From positions 62,001-117,168 of the IMG/VR virus record IMGVR_UViG_3300032084_002349: a DNA stretch of 55,168 bases; one strand, given 5' to 3'. Below the pieces are notes generated by a model, which had not been told where the DNA came from, ran no database searches, and saw nothing but the letters and a program-made list of their open reading frames with translations. This stretch comes from an uncultured virus (IMG/VR IMGVR_UViG_3300032084_002349) (lineage: Duplodnaviria; Heunggongvirae; Uroviricota; Caudoviricetes). Below, in pieces: positions 9,441 to 19,426 of this stretch (its first letter is position 1; each line of letters opens with the position of its first letter). The position numbers and the translations under genes were made by a program.

Positions 9441-9617
9441 ATGAATAGAATACATCCCGCTACATGGATTTTATGGGGATTATTAATGATTAGTATAGCG
9501 ACAAATTGGCTGCAACATTCTCAGATAAAAAAACTTGAAAAAGAGTTGCAACCTGTTATAATTAGACAGAACATTGAGGTTTTCACTAAACCACCAGAAG
9601 GCATTAGATTTATATAA
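9441..9617 (+). CDS. small membrane-anchored protein (58 aa)
   Basis: Read by hand; stop codon abuts tmRNA 5' end. Confidence 0.6.
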   Translation: MNRIHPATWILWGLLMISIATNWLQHSQIKKLEKELQPVIIRQNIEVFTKPPEGIRFI

Positions 9618-9956
9618 GGGGGCGTACTGGTATCGACAGATAAATAGAAGTATAGATTGCATCGACTGGTTGATCTAAAGGCCAGTTTAAAAATAGATCA
9701 CATTTTAATTGCCGATACTTCTGTATTAGCACTCGCCGCTTAGGTGGGAGGGGTTACATAAACCTTTTTACCCAATTATGTTGACTCCGATAATCGGATA
9801 GGGAATTATACCTGAATTAAATATAAAGATAAGTGTAATCACTTTGCCGTTGGAAAGACAAACAGTTTTGTCTGTAGTATTAATAACAACAGACTAACGA
9901 TGTAGAAGTTTATATGGAATTTATACTGGACAGGGGTTCGACTCCCCTCGCCTCCA
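9618..9956 (+). ncRNA. ssrA: tmRNA (transfer-messenger RNA)
   Basis: Acceptor GGGGGCG/CGCCTCC with G3-U wobble, discriminator A; T arm AGGGG-TTCGACT-CCCCT; pk1 (ACTGG/CCAGT, TGATCTA/TAGATCA); tag ORF 9711-9743 ADTSVLALAA*. Confidence 0.95.
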
Positions 9957-9959
9957 CTT

Positions 9960-10241
9960 ATGAAAACTAAAGCAGTCTTACTATCGTTCTTCTTGCTTTT
10001 AAATGCCGTTGAAATAGTTCGGCATAATCAGGTATTCAGATTTTTAATAGACGGCAGACCGAAGCAGATAACATACTTTCATAGTACGTTCATGTTTACC
10101 CATATTGAAATCGAAGTTACTGAACCAGAGATAAGAAAAGATTGTGCCGCTTTTCAATGTATGAATATATATATATTTTTTGAAAATTTCCATTTACACA
10201 ATACAATTCATTGGAGATATATTAAGTTTGTAAAAACATAA
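9960..10241 (+). CDS. hypothetical protein with signal/TM segment
   Basis: ORF track. Confidence 0.45.
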   Translation: MKTKAVLLSFFLLLNAVEIVRHNQVFRFLIDGRPKQITYFHSTFMFTHIEIEVTEPEIRKDCAAFQCMNIYIFFENFHLHNTIHWRYIKFVKT

Positions 10242-10290
10242 GGTGTATAGTAATAGTGTTACAACACACTATAACTTGGAGAAACATCTG

Positions 10291-10545
10291 ATGTTTAAAA
10301 AATCTAAACAGCATTTGAGAGATAATGATATGACATATTTACAGCATCTCAGATTTGCTTCAGTCTATGGTTTTAAATGTATAATTGCTGGGTGTTTATT
10401 AATTTTCCATTCAATTATCCCCGCATGTTTTTCTAAAGCCGGTGCTAATCTAACAAACAAATTAAATACAGTTTTTACAGATCAAAACGAGTGGTTAAAA
10501 GTAAAAGATAAGATTGAAAAATTTAATAATATATATAAATCATAA
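10291..10545 (+). CDS. DUF6356-like protein
   Basis: HLRDNDMTYLQHLRFA...HSIIPACF; GGAG SD; GGTGTA at 10242. Confidence 0.7.
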   Translation: MFKKSKQHLRDNDMTYLQHLRFASVYGFKCIIAGCLLIFHSIIPACFSKAGANLTNKLNTVFTDQNEWLKVKDKIEKFNNIYKS

Positions 10546-10682
10546 GTCAAAAACGTGAATAATGCCAGATTCTAGATTATATAAACCTTGCTTGGGACAT
10601 AAACACAATTCAGAGTATTATAATAAAGCATTGAGAGATAAAGTATACGAAAAATATAAACAAGATTTTGAAAGGTTCGGAT

Positions 10683-11285
10683 ATGATCCTAAGTAAAACA
10701 TATGCTATATTGTTTATAGCAATACAAAAAACAGGAACAACCAGTATAGAAAAAGCATTACGAGAGTATTTATATCCGCATGTTGTATCTAGTACAGTTA
10801 AAATCAAAAAAAGACCAAACTTTAGGTATAAACATAATTCAGCAGAAATACTTGCTGATTGTCCAGAAATAAATTCTATTTGGGATAAGTTATTTAAATT
10901 CTCTTTTGTTAGAAATCCTTGGGATTTATGTGTTTCTCATTATTTTTACAGACAGAGGGAGGGACATGAAGAAACAATCGACACTCCTTTTAGAGAATGG
11001 TTGATGAATGATAAAAAACGAGAACCTATTATGTGGCAAGCATCTACACAATATGACTGTTTAACTGTGAATGGTGATTTAGCAGTAGATTTTGTAGGAA
11101 AGTTTGAAAATTTACAAAATGATTTCAATAAAGTTTGTAAGCATATGAATATAACCTCAATACAACTAGATAATTGTAATAGTACTAAGCATCAACACTA
11201 CTCAACATATTATGATAAAGAAACTAAAGAACACGTTTTTAATCTGTTCAAAAAAGACATAAAGGCTTTTAATTATGGGTTTTAA
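10683..11285 (+). CDS. sulfotransferase (Sulfotransfer_2 family)
   Basis: FIAIQKTGTTSI (5'PSB), FVRNPWDLCVSHY (3'PB), VGKFENLQNDF. Confidence 0.85.
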   Translation: MILSKTYAILFIAIQKTGTTSIEKALREYLYPHVVSSTVKIKKRPNFRYKHNSAEILADCPEINSIWDKLFKFSFVRNPWDLCVSHYFYRQREGHEETIDTPFREWLMNDKKREPIMWQASTQYDCLTVNGDLAVDFVGKFENLQNDFNKVCKHMNITSIQLDNCNSTKHQHYSTYYDKETKEHVFNLFKKDIKAFNYGF

Positions 11286-12054
11286 TTTTGTGTTTATTAT
11301 ACCTTCTTATAACAATAAAGATTGGTATGAGTACAATATTAAGTCAATAGCAAAACAAAAATACGATAATTGGAGAGTAATATATATAGATGATCACTCT
11401 ACTGATAATACATTGAAATTAGTAAAAGACTATGTGAAAAATTTAGGCTTAACTAAAAAATTTACTTATCTACAAAACCCAAAAAAAATAGGGCCAGCAG
11501 GATCAAGATATCAAGGGTATATGAATACTAATGATGATGAAATATGCTGTATGCTAGATGGAGATGATTGGTTGTACGGAGATAGTGTTTTAAATATTTT
11601 AAACACTGAATATGATGCTGGATATAATTGCACTTATGGTTCGTATCTCAGCACGGGTACTAATATGTCTAGACCTAGAAAAGATTTTCGTAATATTGTT
11701 CATCGTCAAAAATCTTATAGAAATACTATGTCAAACTCGGCATCTCATTTAAGAACTATGAAGAGTCAATTAATCAATAGTATAAATCCATCCCATTATT
11801 TACAAATAGATAATCAATGGATACAAGTAGGAACAGATATGGCTGAAATGTTTTATGTTTTAGAACAAGAAAACAGCAGACCTAAATATATTGATAAACC
11901 AATTTATGTTTACAATACAAATAATTCTATACGGTATAATACTTCATACTATCATTATGTTGATAATATTAATGGTGTAAATGATGCTATATGTAACTCA
12001 GAAATGAGAGTCTATAGGGAAAAAGTGAATGATTTTATCAAAAATGCTAGGTAG
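11275..12054 (+). CDS. glycosyltransferase family 2
   Basis: IIPSYN, IDDHSTD, LDGDDWL. Confidence 0.88.
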   Translation: MGFNFVFIIPSYNNKDWYEYNIKSIAKQKYDNWRVIYIDDHSTDNTLKLVKDYVKNLGLTKKFTYLQNPKKIGPAGSRYQGYMNTNDDEICCMLDGDDWLYGDSVLNILNTEYDAGYNCTYGSYLSTGTNMSRPRKDFRNIVHRQKSYRNTMSNSASHLRTMKSQLINSINPSHYLQIDNQWIQVGTDMAEMFYVLEQENSRPKYIDKPIYVYNTNNSIRYNTSYYHYVDNINGVNDAICNSEMRVYREKVNDFIKNAR

Positions 12055-12784
12055 CATAATCATATTATCAATGAGCAAAAGTATTCATAGAAGAAAATTT
12101 ATGAATTTTAAGATGAAAAATATAGGATTAAATAATTACTTATACTTCAATGCAATAGATGGTAAGAAATGTAAATCGTATAACGATTATGAAAATTACT
12201 GTAGAAAAAACCATCAGAAAATTTTAACTGGAGATAAAGGCGCTTTTGGATGTCTATTAAGTTACCAGATGTTATTTAATCACTTACTAACAGAAGAAAT
12301 AAATTCTTGTTTAGTAATAGAAGATGATGTGTATTTTCATAAAAAGTTTAAAGAAAATTTAAACAATCTATATTTAGAGAATATATTTGATCAGTATGAT
12401 TTAATTTATTTTGGTTACAATAATTACTCTCTATCTACAGTTCAACAAACAGCGATCCAAACCAATCAAAAGAATATACCAGTATCCGAAAACAGAAAAT
12501 TTATTACTTGTGGAACATATGCTATTTGGTATTCATTGAAAGCAATACACAAACTGTCAGACAAATTAAACAATTTAGATTATAGTGAAATAGTACCAAT
12601 AGATCATATTGTTTGGAAGGAAGCATCTAAACTTAAATCCACTATATTAAATCCACCTCTTTGTATTAGTGAGATTAGAGATAGTGATATAAGAATGCCT
12701 AGAAATATGCATGGTTTTTGGAAGAAAAAGGGATTTGATCTTCAAGATTACATGAATATTGATCAATATGAAAATTTTATGTAA
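12044..12784 (+). CDS. glycosyltransferase family 25
   Basis: RR..M, FNAIDG, GCLLSY, LVIEDDV, GTYA, PIDH. Confidence 0.85.
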   Translation: MLGSIIILSMSKSIHRRKFMNFKMKNIGLNNYLYFNAIDGKKCKSYNDYENYCRKNHQKILTGDKGAFGCLLSYQMLFNHLLTEEINSCLVIEDDVYFHKKFKENLNNLYLENIFDQYDLIYFGYNNYSLSTVQQTAIQTNQKNIPVSENRKFITCGTYAIWYSLKAIHKLSDKLNNLDYSEIVPIDHIVWKEASKLKSTILNPPLCISEIRDSDIRMPRNMHGFWKKKGFDLQDYMNIDQYENFM

Positions 12785-12825
12785 AGATTTAACAAATATT
12801 AGTTATTAATTGATAGGATATCATA

Positions 12826-13080
12826 ATGAGTAAAGACACAGAATTAAAAATTCTAAAACTAGAATTAAAACAACAAGAAATTTTGGAGAAAAATTTAGCA
12901 AAAAAAATACAAAGATATGAACATGCTAATAAATTAGTAAGAAATACTATAGCACAACAGGATATAGACGACCTAAAAACAGAGCAAGAAACTGCCCAAC
13001 TTCAAAAAGAAATTTTGTCATCAAAAATAGAATCTATACAAGAGTTATTTACTGGTGATTCCACTAAAGATTGTGATTGA
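12826..13080 (+). CDS. coiled-coil hypothetical protein
   Basis: ORF track; heptad-like charged sequence. Confidence 0.6.
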   Translation: MSKDTELKILKLELKQQEILEKNLAKKIQRYEHANKLVRNTIAQQDIDDLKTEQETAQLQKEILSSKIESIQELFTGDSTKDCD

Positions 13081-13105
13081 CAATTACCGATGAATAGTAT
13101 ATACT
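13077..13105 (+). promoter_or_regulatory. class A promoter
   Basis: TTGACA-attacCGATgaatagta-TATACT, followed by three ACAGGA copies. Confidence 0.8.
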
Positions 13106-13141
13106 GCAAGTAACAGGAATCACAGGACACAGGATATTATA

Positions 13142-14461
13142 ATGAACAGTACAGAATACGTTATGTCTATGATCAACGAACTGCGTAACAACAGTGGTAC
13201 TATAGCCAAGCAGGAAATCATTGCCAAGTATTGTAAAGCAGGTAAAGAGGAGGATAACGGAGATCAACTTCATGCTAGAAACGTATTGAATCTAGCACAC
13301 AATGATTATCTTATGTATGGCTTAACAAGTAGTCAAGTTAAGAAAAGATCAGACCTGTTTTTCGGAGATTGTGAACCGGGATATGGCTTGTGTCAACTGT
13401 TCAGTGATTTGAATATTAGAAGATTTACAGGACATGATGCTATTAGAATTGTAAATGCTTATATTAATAAGCATCCAGAACAAGAAGAACTTGTTTATTG
13501 TATTTTAGACAAAGACCTTAAAACTAAAGTTGGCGTAAAACTTATCAATAAAGTTATACCCGATTTTATTCCAGAGTTCAGTGTCGCTCTTGCAGAAAAG
13601 TATGAACCTAAATTAGTGGAGTGGGAAGATGAGTGGTTTGTTTCAAGGAAACTGGATGGTGTTAGATGTCTCGCTATTGTTGATCATTTTGGCAACACTA
13701 CCTTCTATTCCCGCACAGGAAAAGAGTTCCTTACTCTTGGCGTGGTCGCTGATAGTATTAGTGCTTTGGGACTTACTGACATAGTGTTTGATGGCGAACT
13801 ATGTTTAGTTGATAAAGATGGTAATGAAGACTTTCAGGGTATTATGAAACAACTTCGCAAGAAAGATCACACTATCGAGAATCCTTCTTATAAAATCTTT
13901 GACATGATGACACAAGATGAGTTTAAAGCAAAGAAAAGTGAACACAATCTTTACCAGAGATATAAAGAATTATTATTTACTATGGAAGACAACGAGTGTC
14001 CCTGTCTATCTGTGTTAGAAATGGAGATAGTAAATGATGACGACCATTTCCAGCAGTGGGTATCTAAAGCAGATGTTAACGAATGGGAAGGTGTCATGCT
14101 ACGCAAAAATGTTCAGTATAAAGGTAAGCGTAGTAAAGACTTACTTAAAGTAAAAACTTTCCATGATGCTGAGTATGAAGTGTTAGATACTGAAATAGGT
14201 ATGTTTCCTCTAACAATAAATGGTAAAGAAACTGAAGAAGAGATGCTTTCTTGTGTATATATCAAACATAAAGATAATACAGTTAGAGTGGGTAGTGGAT
14301 TCTCTATAGATCAGAGACAAGACTTTTATAAAAATCCTGATGCTATTGTGGGCAAGATTATAACAGTACAATACTTTGAAGAAACTAAAAATCAAGAAGG
14401 AGGTATTAGTCTTAGATTTCCAACATTTAAAATACTACATGGGGATATGAGAACAGTATGA
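13142..14461 (+). CDS. lig: ATP-dependent DNA ligase
   Basis: KLDGVR (motif I), FDGEL, IFDMM, EGVMLR, LLKVK, SLRFPTF. Confidence 0.95.
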   Translation: MNSTEYVMSMINELRNNSGTIAKQEIIAKYCKAGKEEDNGDQLHARNVLNLAHNDYLMYGLTSSQVKKRSDLFFGDCEPGYGLCQLFSDLNIRRFTGHDAIRIVNAYINKHPEQEELVYCILDKDLKTKVGVKLINKVIPDFIPEFSVALAEKYEPKLVEWEDEWFVSRKLDGVRCLAIVDHFGNTTFYSRTGKEFLTLGVVADSISALGLTDIVFDGELCLVDKDGNEDFQGIMKQLRKKDHTIENPSYKIFDMMTQDEFKAKKSEHNLYQRYKELLFTMEDNECPCLSVLEMEIVNDDDHFQQWVSKADVNEWEGVMLRKNVQYKGKRSKDLLKVKTFHDAEYEVLDTEIGMFPLTINGKETEEEMLSCVYIKHKDNTVRVGSGFSIDQRQDFYKNPDAIVGKIITVQYFEETKNQEGGISLRFPTFKILHGDMRTV

Positions 14462-15045
14462 TCATATCGCATACCAAAAAATTCATATATTTTAAAATTG
14501 GTAAAACTGCTGGAACATCCACAGAAATGTTTTTTGAACAATTTTGTGATAAAAATATAGATATAGTAGGATGGAGAGGAAACCCCCCAATCCCTGAAGG
14601 CACAACATTTTGGAACCATATGAAACCCTGTCACGTTAAACCTTATGTGACTGAAGAGCAATGGGAATCATATTTCAAATTTGCTAATATTAGAAATACT
14701 TGGGACAGAATGGTTTCTAAATTTTTTTGGATGAAAAAAAGAAATACAATAGATAGTGATTCTACTTTTTATGATTTTGTAAATAGTAAGTTTCCAATAG
14801 AAAATTTGTATAAACATTATCAATGTAAGCAAAATATAATGAATGCTTTTATAAGTTTTGAAAATCTTAAAGAAGATATCCAATATGTTTGTGATAAACT
14901 TAATATTAAAGAAGATATTACTAACCTCCCGCATGTTCATCAATCAGATCATAAAAATTACCGAGAGTACTATACTGAAGAAACAAAGAATATTGTTCTA
15001 AATAGATACAAAGAGGAGATAAATTTTTTTAAATATGATTTCTAA
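14458..15045 (+). CDS. sulfotransferase (Sulfotransfer_2 family)
   Basis: FKIGKTAGTST, IRNTWDRMVSKF, FENLKED. Confidence 0.82.
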   Translation: MIISHTKKFIYFKIGKTAGTSTEMFFEQFCDKNIDIVGWRGNPPIPEGTTFWNHMKPCHVKPYVTEEQWESYFKFANIRNTWDRMVSKFFWMKKRNTIDSDSTFYDFVNSKFPIENLYKHYQCKQNIMNAFISFENLKEDIQYVCDKLNIKEDITNLPHVHQSDHKNYREYYTEETKNIVLNRYKEEINFFKYDF

Positions 15046-15880
15046 ACCAAAAAAAATACTAATATTAGCAAGTATGCGAAGCGGTAGTTCATTTTTACTC
15101 ACACAATTATGCAATGGATTATCAAATGTTTATAATCTGGCTGAGTTTTTTAATAGATCTAAATTCCATATAGATAAACACTTAGAAGATATAAAAAAAT
15201 ATATAAAACAAAATAAAATAGAAAAATTATATCTATATAAGGATTTTCTAGAAAATGTATCTAGTATGCAATACAATCCCGCCTATTTAGATATAGGTGT
15301 GATAAATCATAGGCACTTATCTGTAAAACTGGATGAGTTAGCAGATAAATACGAATATGTGTGCATGAAGTTATTATATGGTCAGAGCAAAGAAATTAAT
15401 AAAATAATAGAAATGGTAGACTTTGTTATATTTTTAAATAGAAAAGATGTTTTAGCACAGTTTATTAGTTTAAATAAAGCACATAAAACAGGCTTGTGGA
15501 ATGTCAATAGAAATACGTTAAAAAAGAATCCAACAATATTAAATAATAATCAAGAAGTTAAAATTTTATGGAATAAAGAATATTTCATATCTTATGCTGA
15601 AACACATAAGAATATATTGAAAGAATACTTGGAGATATATAAACAATGCACAAAACCTAAAATTTGGCTATCTTATGAAGATATAGTTAACCAGAGTACC
15701 GACGAACTATATAAACTATTGTATGAAACAATCGGTATAAAGTTAGAAACAAATCATAGAAAATTAAGAACAACATTAAAACAATCTAAAGACAATATGC
15801 AAATTGAAGATAATTTTATCAACAAAGAAGATTTCTTAAAAGATAGTTTGTCCATACAAAAATACATTTCATATGAGTAA
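15035..15880 (+). CDS. Stf0-like sulfotransferase
   Basis: ASMRSGSSFL, EFFN, FLNRKDVLAQFISL.KA..TG.W, LSYED. Confidence 0.75.
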   Translation: MISKPKKILILASMRSGSSFLLTQLCNGLSNVYNLAEFFNRSKFHIDKHLEDIKKYIKQNKIEKLYLYKDFLENVSSMQYNPAYLDIGVINHRHLSVKLDELADKYEYVCMKLLYGQSKEINKIIEMVDFVIFLNRKDVLAQFISLNKAHKTGLWNVNRNTLKKNPTILNNNQEVKILWNKEYFISYAETHKNILKEYLEIYKQCTKPKIWLSYEDIVNQSTDELYKLLYETIGIKLETNHRKLRTTLKQSKDNMQIEDNFINKEDFLKDSLSIQKYISYE

Positions 15881-16523
15881 AAATAATTGGACGGTAATAG
15901 CCTGCTCAAATCACAAAAATGAATATTTACATTTAAAATATTTAAAAGAATCCAATCCAGATGCTCAGATTATTAAATTAGATTTTACAAATCCAAATCC
16001 TCTTGCGGGTTTTCAATGCGATATGATAGTTAGAGATTGGTTCTTATCAAAGCCTTCTAGGATAAATAATATAAAATATAATAATGTTGCTTTAGTAGAA
16101 TATGATGTATTAATAACTCAACGATTACCTGATATTAAACTAAACAACGAACTATTATGTCATAAAAAAATGATACCCGAAACATCTGCAATATGGAGAA
16201 ATTGGCCCCATATATTAAGATTAGAAGAATGGAAAAAATATGCGGTTGGATGTATGCCTTTTTCTTTATATTTCATGTCTAAAAACTGTTTAGATATTTT
16301 AATAAATAAAAAATATGATCAAATATACAAAGAGAGAATGTGTTGCGAGGTAAGACTTCCTAGTATACTTAATCGTAATAAAATTAAAATCGAAAGTCAC
16401 CCATCACTAAGAAATATTAAATTCATAGAAAATAATAAATCTTTAGAATTTAATATAAACACTCCCGGTTTGTATCATCCTGTAAAATATTCAACTGAAA
16501 AGTTTACAAATTTAAGGACATAA
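15873..16523 (+). CDS. hypothetical protein, possibly glycosyltransferase-like
   Basis: VEYDV, CEVRLPS, YHPVK; glycan-gene context. Confidence 0.5.
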   Translation: MSKNNWTVIACSNHKNEYLHLKYLKESNPDAQIIKLDFTNPNPLAGFQCDMIVRDWFLSKPSRINNIKYNNVALVEYDVLITQRLPDIKLNNELLCHKKMIPETSAIWRNWPHILRLEEWKKYAVGCMPFSLYFMSKNCLDILINKKYDQIYKERMCCEVRLPSILNRNKIKIESHPSLRNIKFIENNKSLEFNINTPGLYHPVKYSTEKFTNLRT

Positions 16524-16555
16524 ACAATAAAATATAAAAGACTCAAGTAATTGAG

Positions 16556-16584
16556 TTGACAAGACGATAACAGTAATGTAGAAT
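16556..16584 (+). promoter_or_regulatory. class A promoter
   Basis: TTGACA-agaCGATAacagtaatg-TAGAAT. Confidence 0.8.
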
Positions 16585-16621
16585 GGATAGTATCACATTT
16601 GGAAACTATTTGGAGACTGTT

Positions 16622-17326
16622 ATGGTAATTGCATTAGAAACTAAACCTGAGAAAAAAACTACATACTGTCGCTCTAAAGCAGACGACTTTTTTAAGACAT
16701 TCCCTGTAGAAAAAGTAGAAGCATATAAGGAGTATTGGGAAAGTGTACGACCACAGAATCATGGCGATATTTTTAGGCGTTATCTGTTTGCTTACTGTTC
16801 TGTTCATACAAGTTGGCAGGGGAATTGTCGTGGCTATGAAGCCATCAAGCAGTATGAAGAATGGATCGACGACAAAGAAAAACTCCTATCTAAATTAGCC
16901 AATTCAGGAGTAGGTCTGCACAACAATCGTACAAAATACATCTGGGATTTTGCAACACAGTTCTGGGCTAAACCTACTGACTTTTATTTGACAACAAAAA
17001 AGTATCATGTTAAAAAACGTGATGAAATTGTAAATCGAGTGACTGGTTTAGGTATGGCTAAAGTATCTTTTGCTCTAGAAATGATTCATCCAAACTTCGC
17101 CAGAGTTTTATGTGGTGATGTACATCAATTAAGACTTTACGACATGGAGCATTTATCTTATAATAAGAGTAAGCAAGGAACGCAAAAGTACAAGCGCATG
17201 GAGCAACACTGGAGCGTAAATTGCGGGAAAATAAAAGTGCCTTCTTATATTGCTAGATGTGTTTACTGGGATGCTCTACAAGATAAAGAAGATAGTAGAT
17301 ACTGGAGTTATGTATTAGAAGCATGA
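16622..17326 (+). CDS. HhH-GPD superfamily DNA glycosylase-like protein (Ogg2-like)
   Basis: HhH VTGLGMAKVSFAL followed by LCGDVH; start moved to 16622 (GGAG SD; 16583 lies in the -10 box). Confidence 0.7.
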   Translation: MVIALETKPEKKTTYCRSKADDFFKTFPVEKVEAYKEYWESVRPQNHGDIFRRYLFAYCSVHTSWQGNCRGYEAIKQYEEWIDDKEKLLSKLANSGVGLHNNRTKYIWDFATQFWAKPTDFYLTTKKYHVKKRDEIVNRVTGLGMAKVSFALEMIHPNFARVLCGDVHQLRLYDMEHLSYNKSKQGTQKYKRMEQHWSVNCGKIKVPSYIARCVYWDALQDKEDSRYWSYVLEA

Positions 17327-17973
17327 TTAAAAAATTTACAGTTTGTGCAGAAAGAAATTGTGGAACTAACTATATAGAAAGACTCATACCTAAAGTATTT
17401 GATTTAAAATATACTTTTGACTTTGGGCCAAAACACTTTATGGGTTGGCATGATCAAGGCATGAAAGATTCTAATGATACATTGTTTTTATGTGTAGTAA
17501 GAAATCCTTATGATTGGTTATCTGCTTTATTTGAAAGCAAACATCATGTGCCTTTTCATATGAAGACATTTGAAAGTTTTTTGTTATCAGAATGGTATTC
17601 TATACATCATGGAAATAGACATCCCGATTATGGTAAAGAAAGAACTGATGATAGATATTGGAAAGATAATTCTAGACATAAAAACATTTTCCAAATGAGA
17701 GAAAGAAAATTATTATATCTGCACGATACTGTGCCGTCAATGAACAATAATCATTACCATATAAGGTATGAAGATTTATGTAATAATTTGGAAGGTGTTA
17801 TTGCAAGTATTTCCGAAGTGTTTTCTATAAAAATAAAAAATAAAAATTTTGAAAAAACAAAACACAAACAACCATACAATATAGAAAATAGACATAAAGA
17901 TATTATAAATAAAAATATTAATTGGGATGTCGAGTCTTTATTTAATTACCAAAAAAATCAAAGGAGATATTAA
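17323..17973 (+). CDS. sulfotransferase-like protein
   Basis: AERNCGTNY, VVRNPYDWLSA, IRYEDL. Confidence 0.75.
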   Translation: MIKKFTVCAERNCGTNYIERLIPKVFDLKYTFDFGPKHFMGWHDQGMKDSNDTLFLCVVRNPYDWLSALFESKHHVPFHMKTFESFLLSEWYSIHHGNRHPDYGKERTDDRYWKDNSRHKNIFQMRERKLLYLHDTVPSMNNNHYHIRYEDLCNNLEGVIASISEVFSIKIKNKNFEKTKHKQPYNIENRHKDIINKNINWDVESLFNYQKNQRRY

Positions 17974-18107
17974 TGTCTAACGGAAAAGGAGATAGAAATA
18001 GACCTTTAGGTATTGATTTCAAAACTTGGTCACAAAACTATGAAAGAATTTTTGGCGATCAAGAGCAAAACGATCAAGAAAATGATACAGAAAATGAAGA
18101 GCAATAA
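17973..18107 (+). CDS. small conserved phage protein (GKG..RP..N.ERIFG)
   Basis: Read by hand: MSNGKGDRNRPLGIDFKTWSQNYERIFG; AAGGAG SD. Confidence 0.7.
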   Translation: MSNGKGDRNRPLGIDFKTWSQNYERIFGDQEQNDQENDTENEEQ

Positions 18108-18909
18108 CTATGTAGCATTGTGTCTGTTTTGTAGAGATAGACCTGAATATGTGAAAGAGTGGGTGGAATATCATTTACATATTGGCATAGATAAGATATG
18201 CATATATGATAATTGCGAATATGATAAACAGATACTTTATGACTCATTGGTTTTGTATATAAAAAAAGGATTAGTGAGTATTATTTCTTGGCGTAAAGAT
18301 AATCAAGATGGTAAACAGTTAAGAGCGTATAAAAATTGTTTAAAAAGATTACATGGATACAGGTGGGTGGGTTTCGTTGATAGTGATGAATTTGTTGTGT
18401 TATTGGAAGAATCTAAAAATATTAAAGATTATCTTTGTAGGTATGAAGACGTTGATGGTATAGGTTTATATTGGCTAATGTTTGGTTCTAATAATCATAA
18501 ATATAGACAAGAATCTGTTATCCAAGCGTATACTCAATGCTGCCCAAATAATCCTGCTAATCTACATATAAAATCTTTTGTGTATCCTATGAGGGTGCTT
18601 GACATATGTAGTCCTCATGGTTGTACTACACAAAGAGGAACTGTTAATGTAGATAAGCAAAGACTTATAAATTTTTACGGCCATACTCTTAAAGACGAAA
18701 ATAAAACAGAACCAATCATTGACAGAGTGATGCGAATTAATCATTATTATACTAGAAGTTATCAAGATTTTTTTGAAGATAAAATGTCTAGGTCTGGAGG
18801 ATGTAATACTAAAAGGGTGTATAAAAAAAAGGACTACAAAAGTGTTCAAGCAGAAAAAGTATTTAATGACGATATAATTAAACTATATAGCAGAATTAAA
18901 GGAGAATAA
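18094..18909 (+). CDS. glycosyltransferase GT92 / GT2_4-like
   Basis: EWVEYHLHIGIDKICIYDN, WVGFVDSDEF, INHYYTRS. Confidence 0.85.
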   Translation: MKSNNYVALCLFCRDRPEYVKEWVEYHLHIGIDKICIYDNCEYDKQILYDSLVLYIKKGLVSIISWRKDNQDGKQLRAYKNCLKRLHGYRWVGFVDSDEFVVLLEESKNIKDYLCRYEDVDGIGLYWLMFGSNNHKYRQESVIQAYTQCCPNNPANLHIKSFVYPMRVLDICSPHGCTTQRGTVNVDKQRLINFYGHTLKDENKTEPIIDRVMRINHYYTRSYQDFFEDKMSRSGGCNTKRVYKKKDYKSVQAEKVFNDDIIKLYSRIKGE

Positions 18910-19075
18910 GATGCAACATGGATTAATGGATGTTTTAAGTGTTATATGGATAAAATACATAATAGATATTGCTATAATATATACCTTATTTAGTATAGTT
19001 AGAGATAAAAAAGATTAATTGGTGTATTATTGTTTGTGAATACAAATACTCGACTTCCCTTTTGAGGTAAATATT

Positions 19076-19231
19076 ATGAAAAAAATTAAGAAGTCCGAGG
19101 AAGCGGTTAAGGATATAATAGTAATAAAAGGTCAAATTACTTCTATCGAAAATAAGATAGAAAACTTTCTAAAAGATAACGCCCAGACCTTAATAGATAT
19201 TGATGAAAAATTATTTAAAGGCGATGTATAA
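19076..19231 (+). CDS. hypothetical protein (51 aa)
   Basis: GAGG SD, GGTGTA at 19021, TAATG overlap with pspC. Confidence 0.55.
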   Translation: MKKIKKSEEAVKDIIVIKGQITSIENKIENFLKDNAQTLIDIDEKLFKGDV

Positions 19232-19416
19232 TGAAATCATTATTTAAAGATAAAGAGAATGGTATGATATTTGGCGTTTGTTCCGGTATTTCTAACGCCA
19301 CAGGCATTGATGTTAGTATTATTAGATTGTCTGTAGTTTTTGGAACTATTGCTTCTGGTTCTATTTTACTATGGATATATTTACTTTTAGGAATATTGCT
19401 TCCCAAGAAGAAGTGA
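19231..19416 (+). CDS. pspC: PspC-domain membrane protein
   Basis: LFK...GMIFGVCSGI....GIDVSIIRL...YLLLGILLP. Confidence 0.85.
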   Translation: MKSLFKDKENGMIFGVCSGISNATGIDVSIIRLSVVFGTIASGSILLWIYLLLGILLPKKK

Positions 19417-19426
19417 TGTTGCAAAT

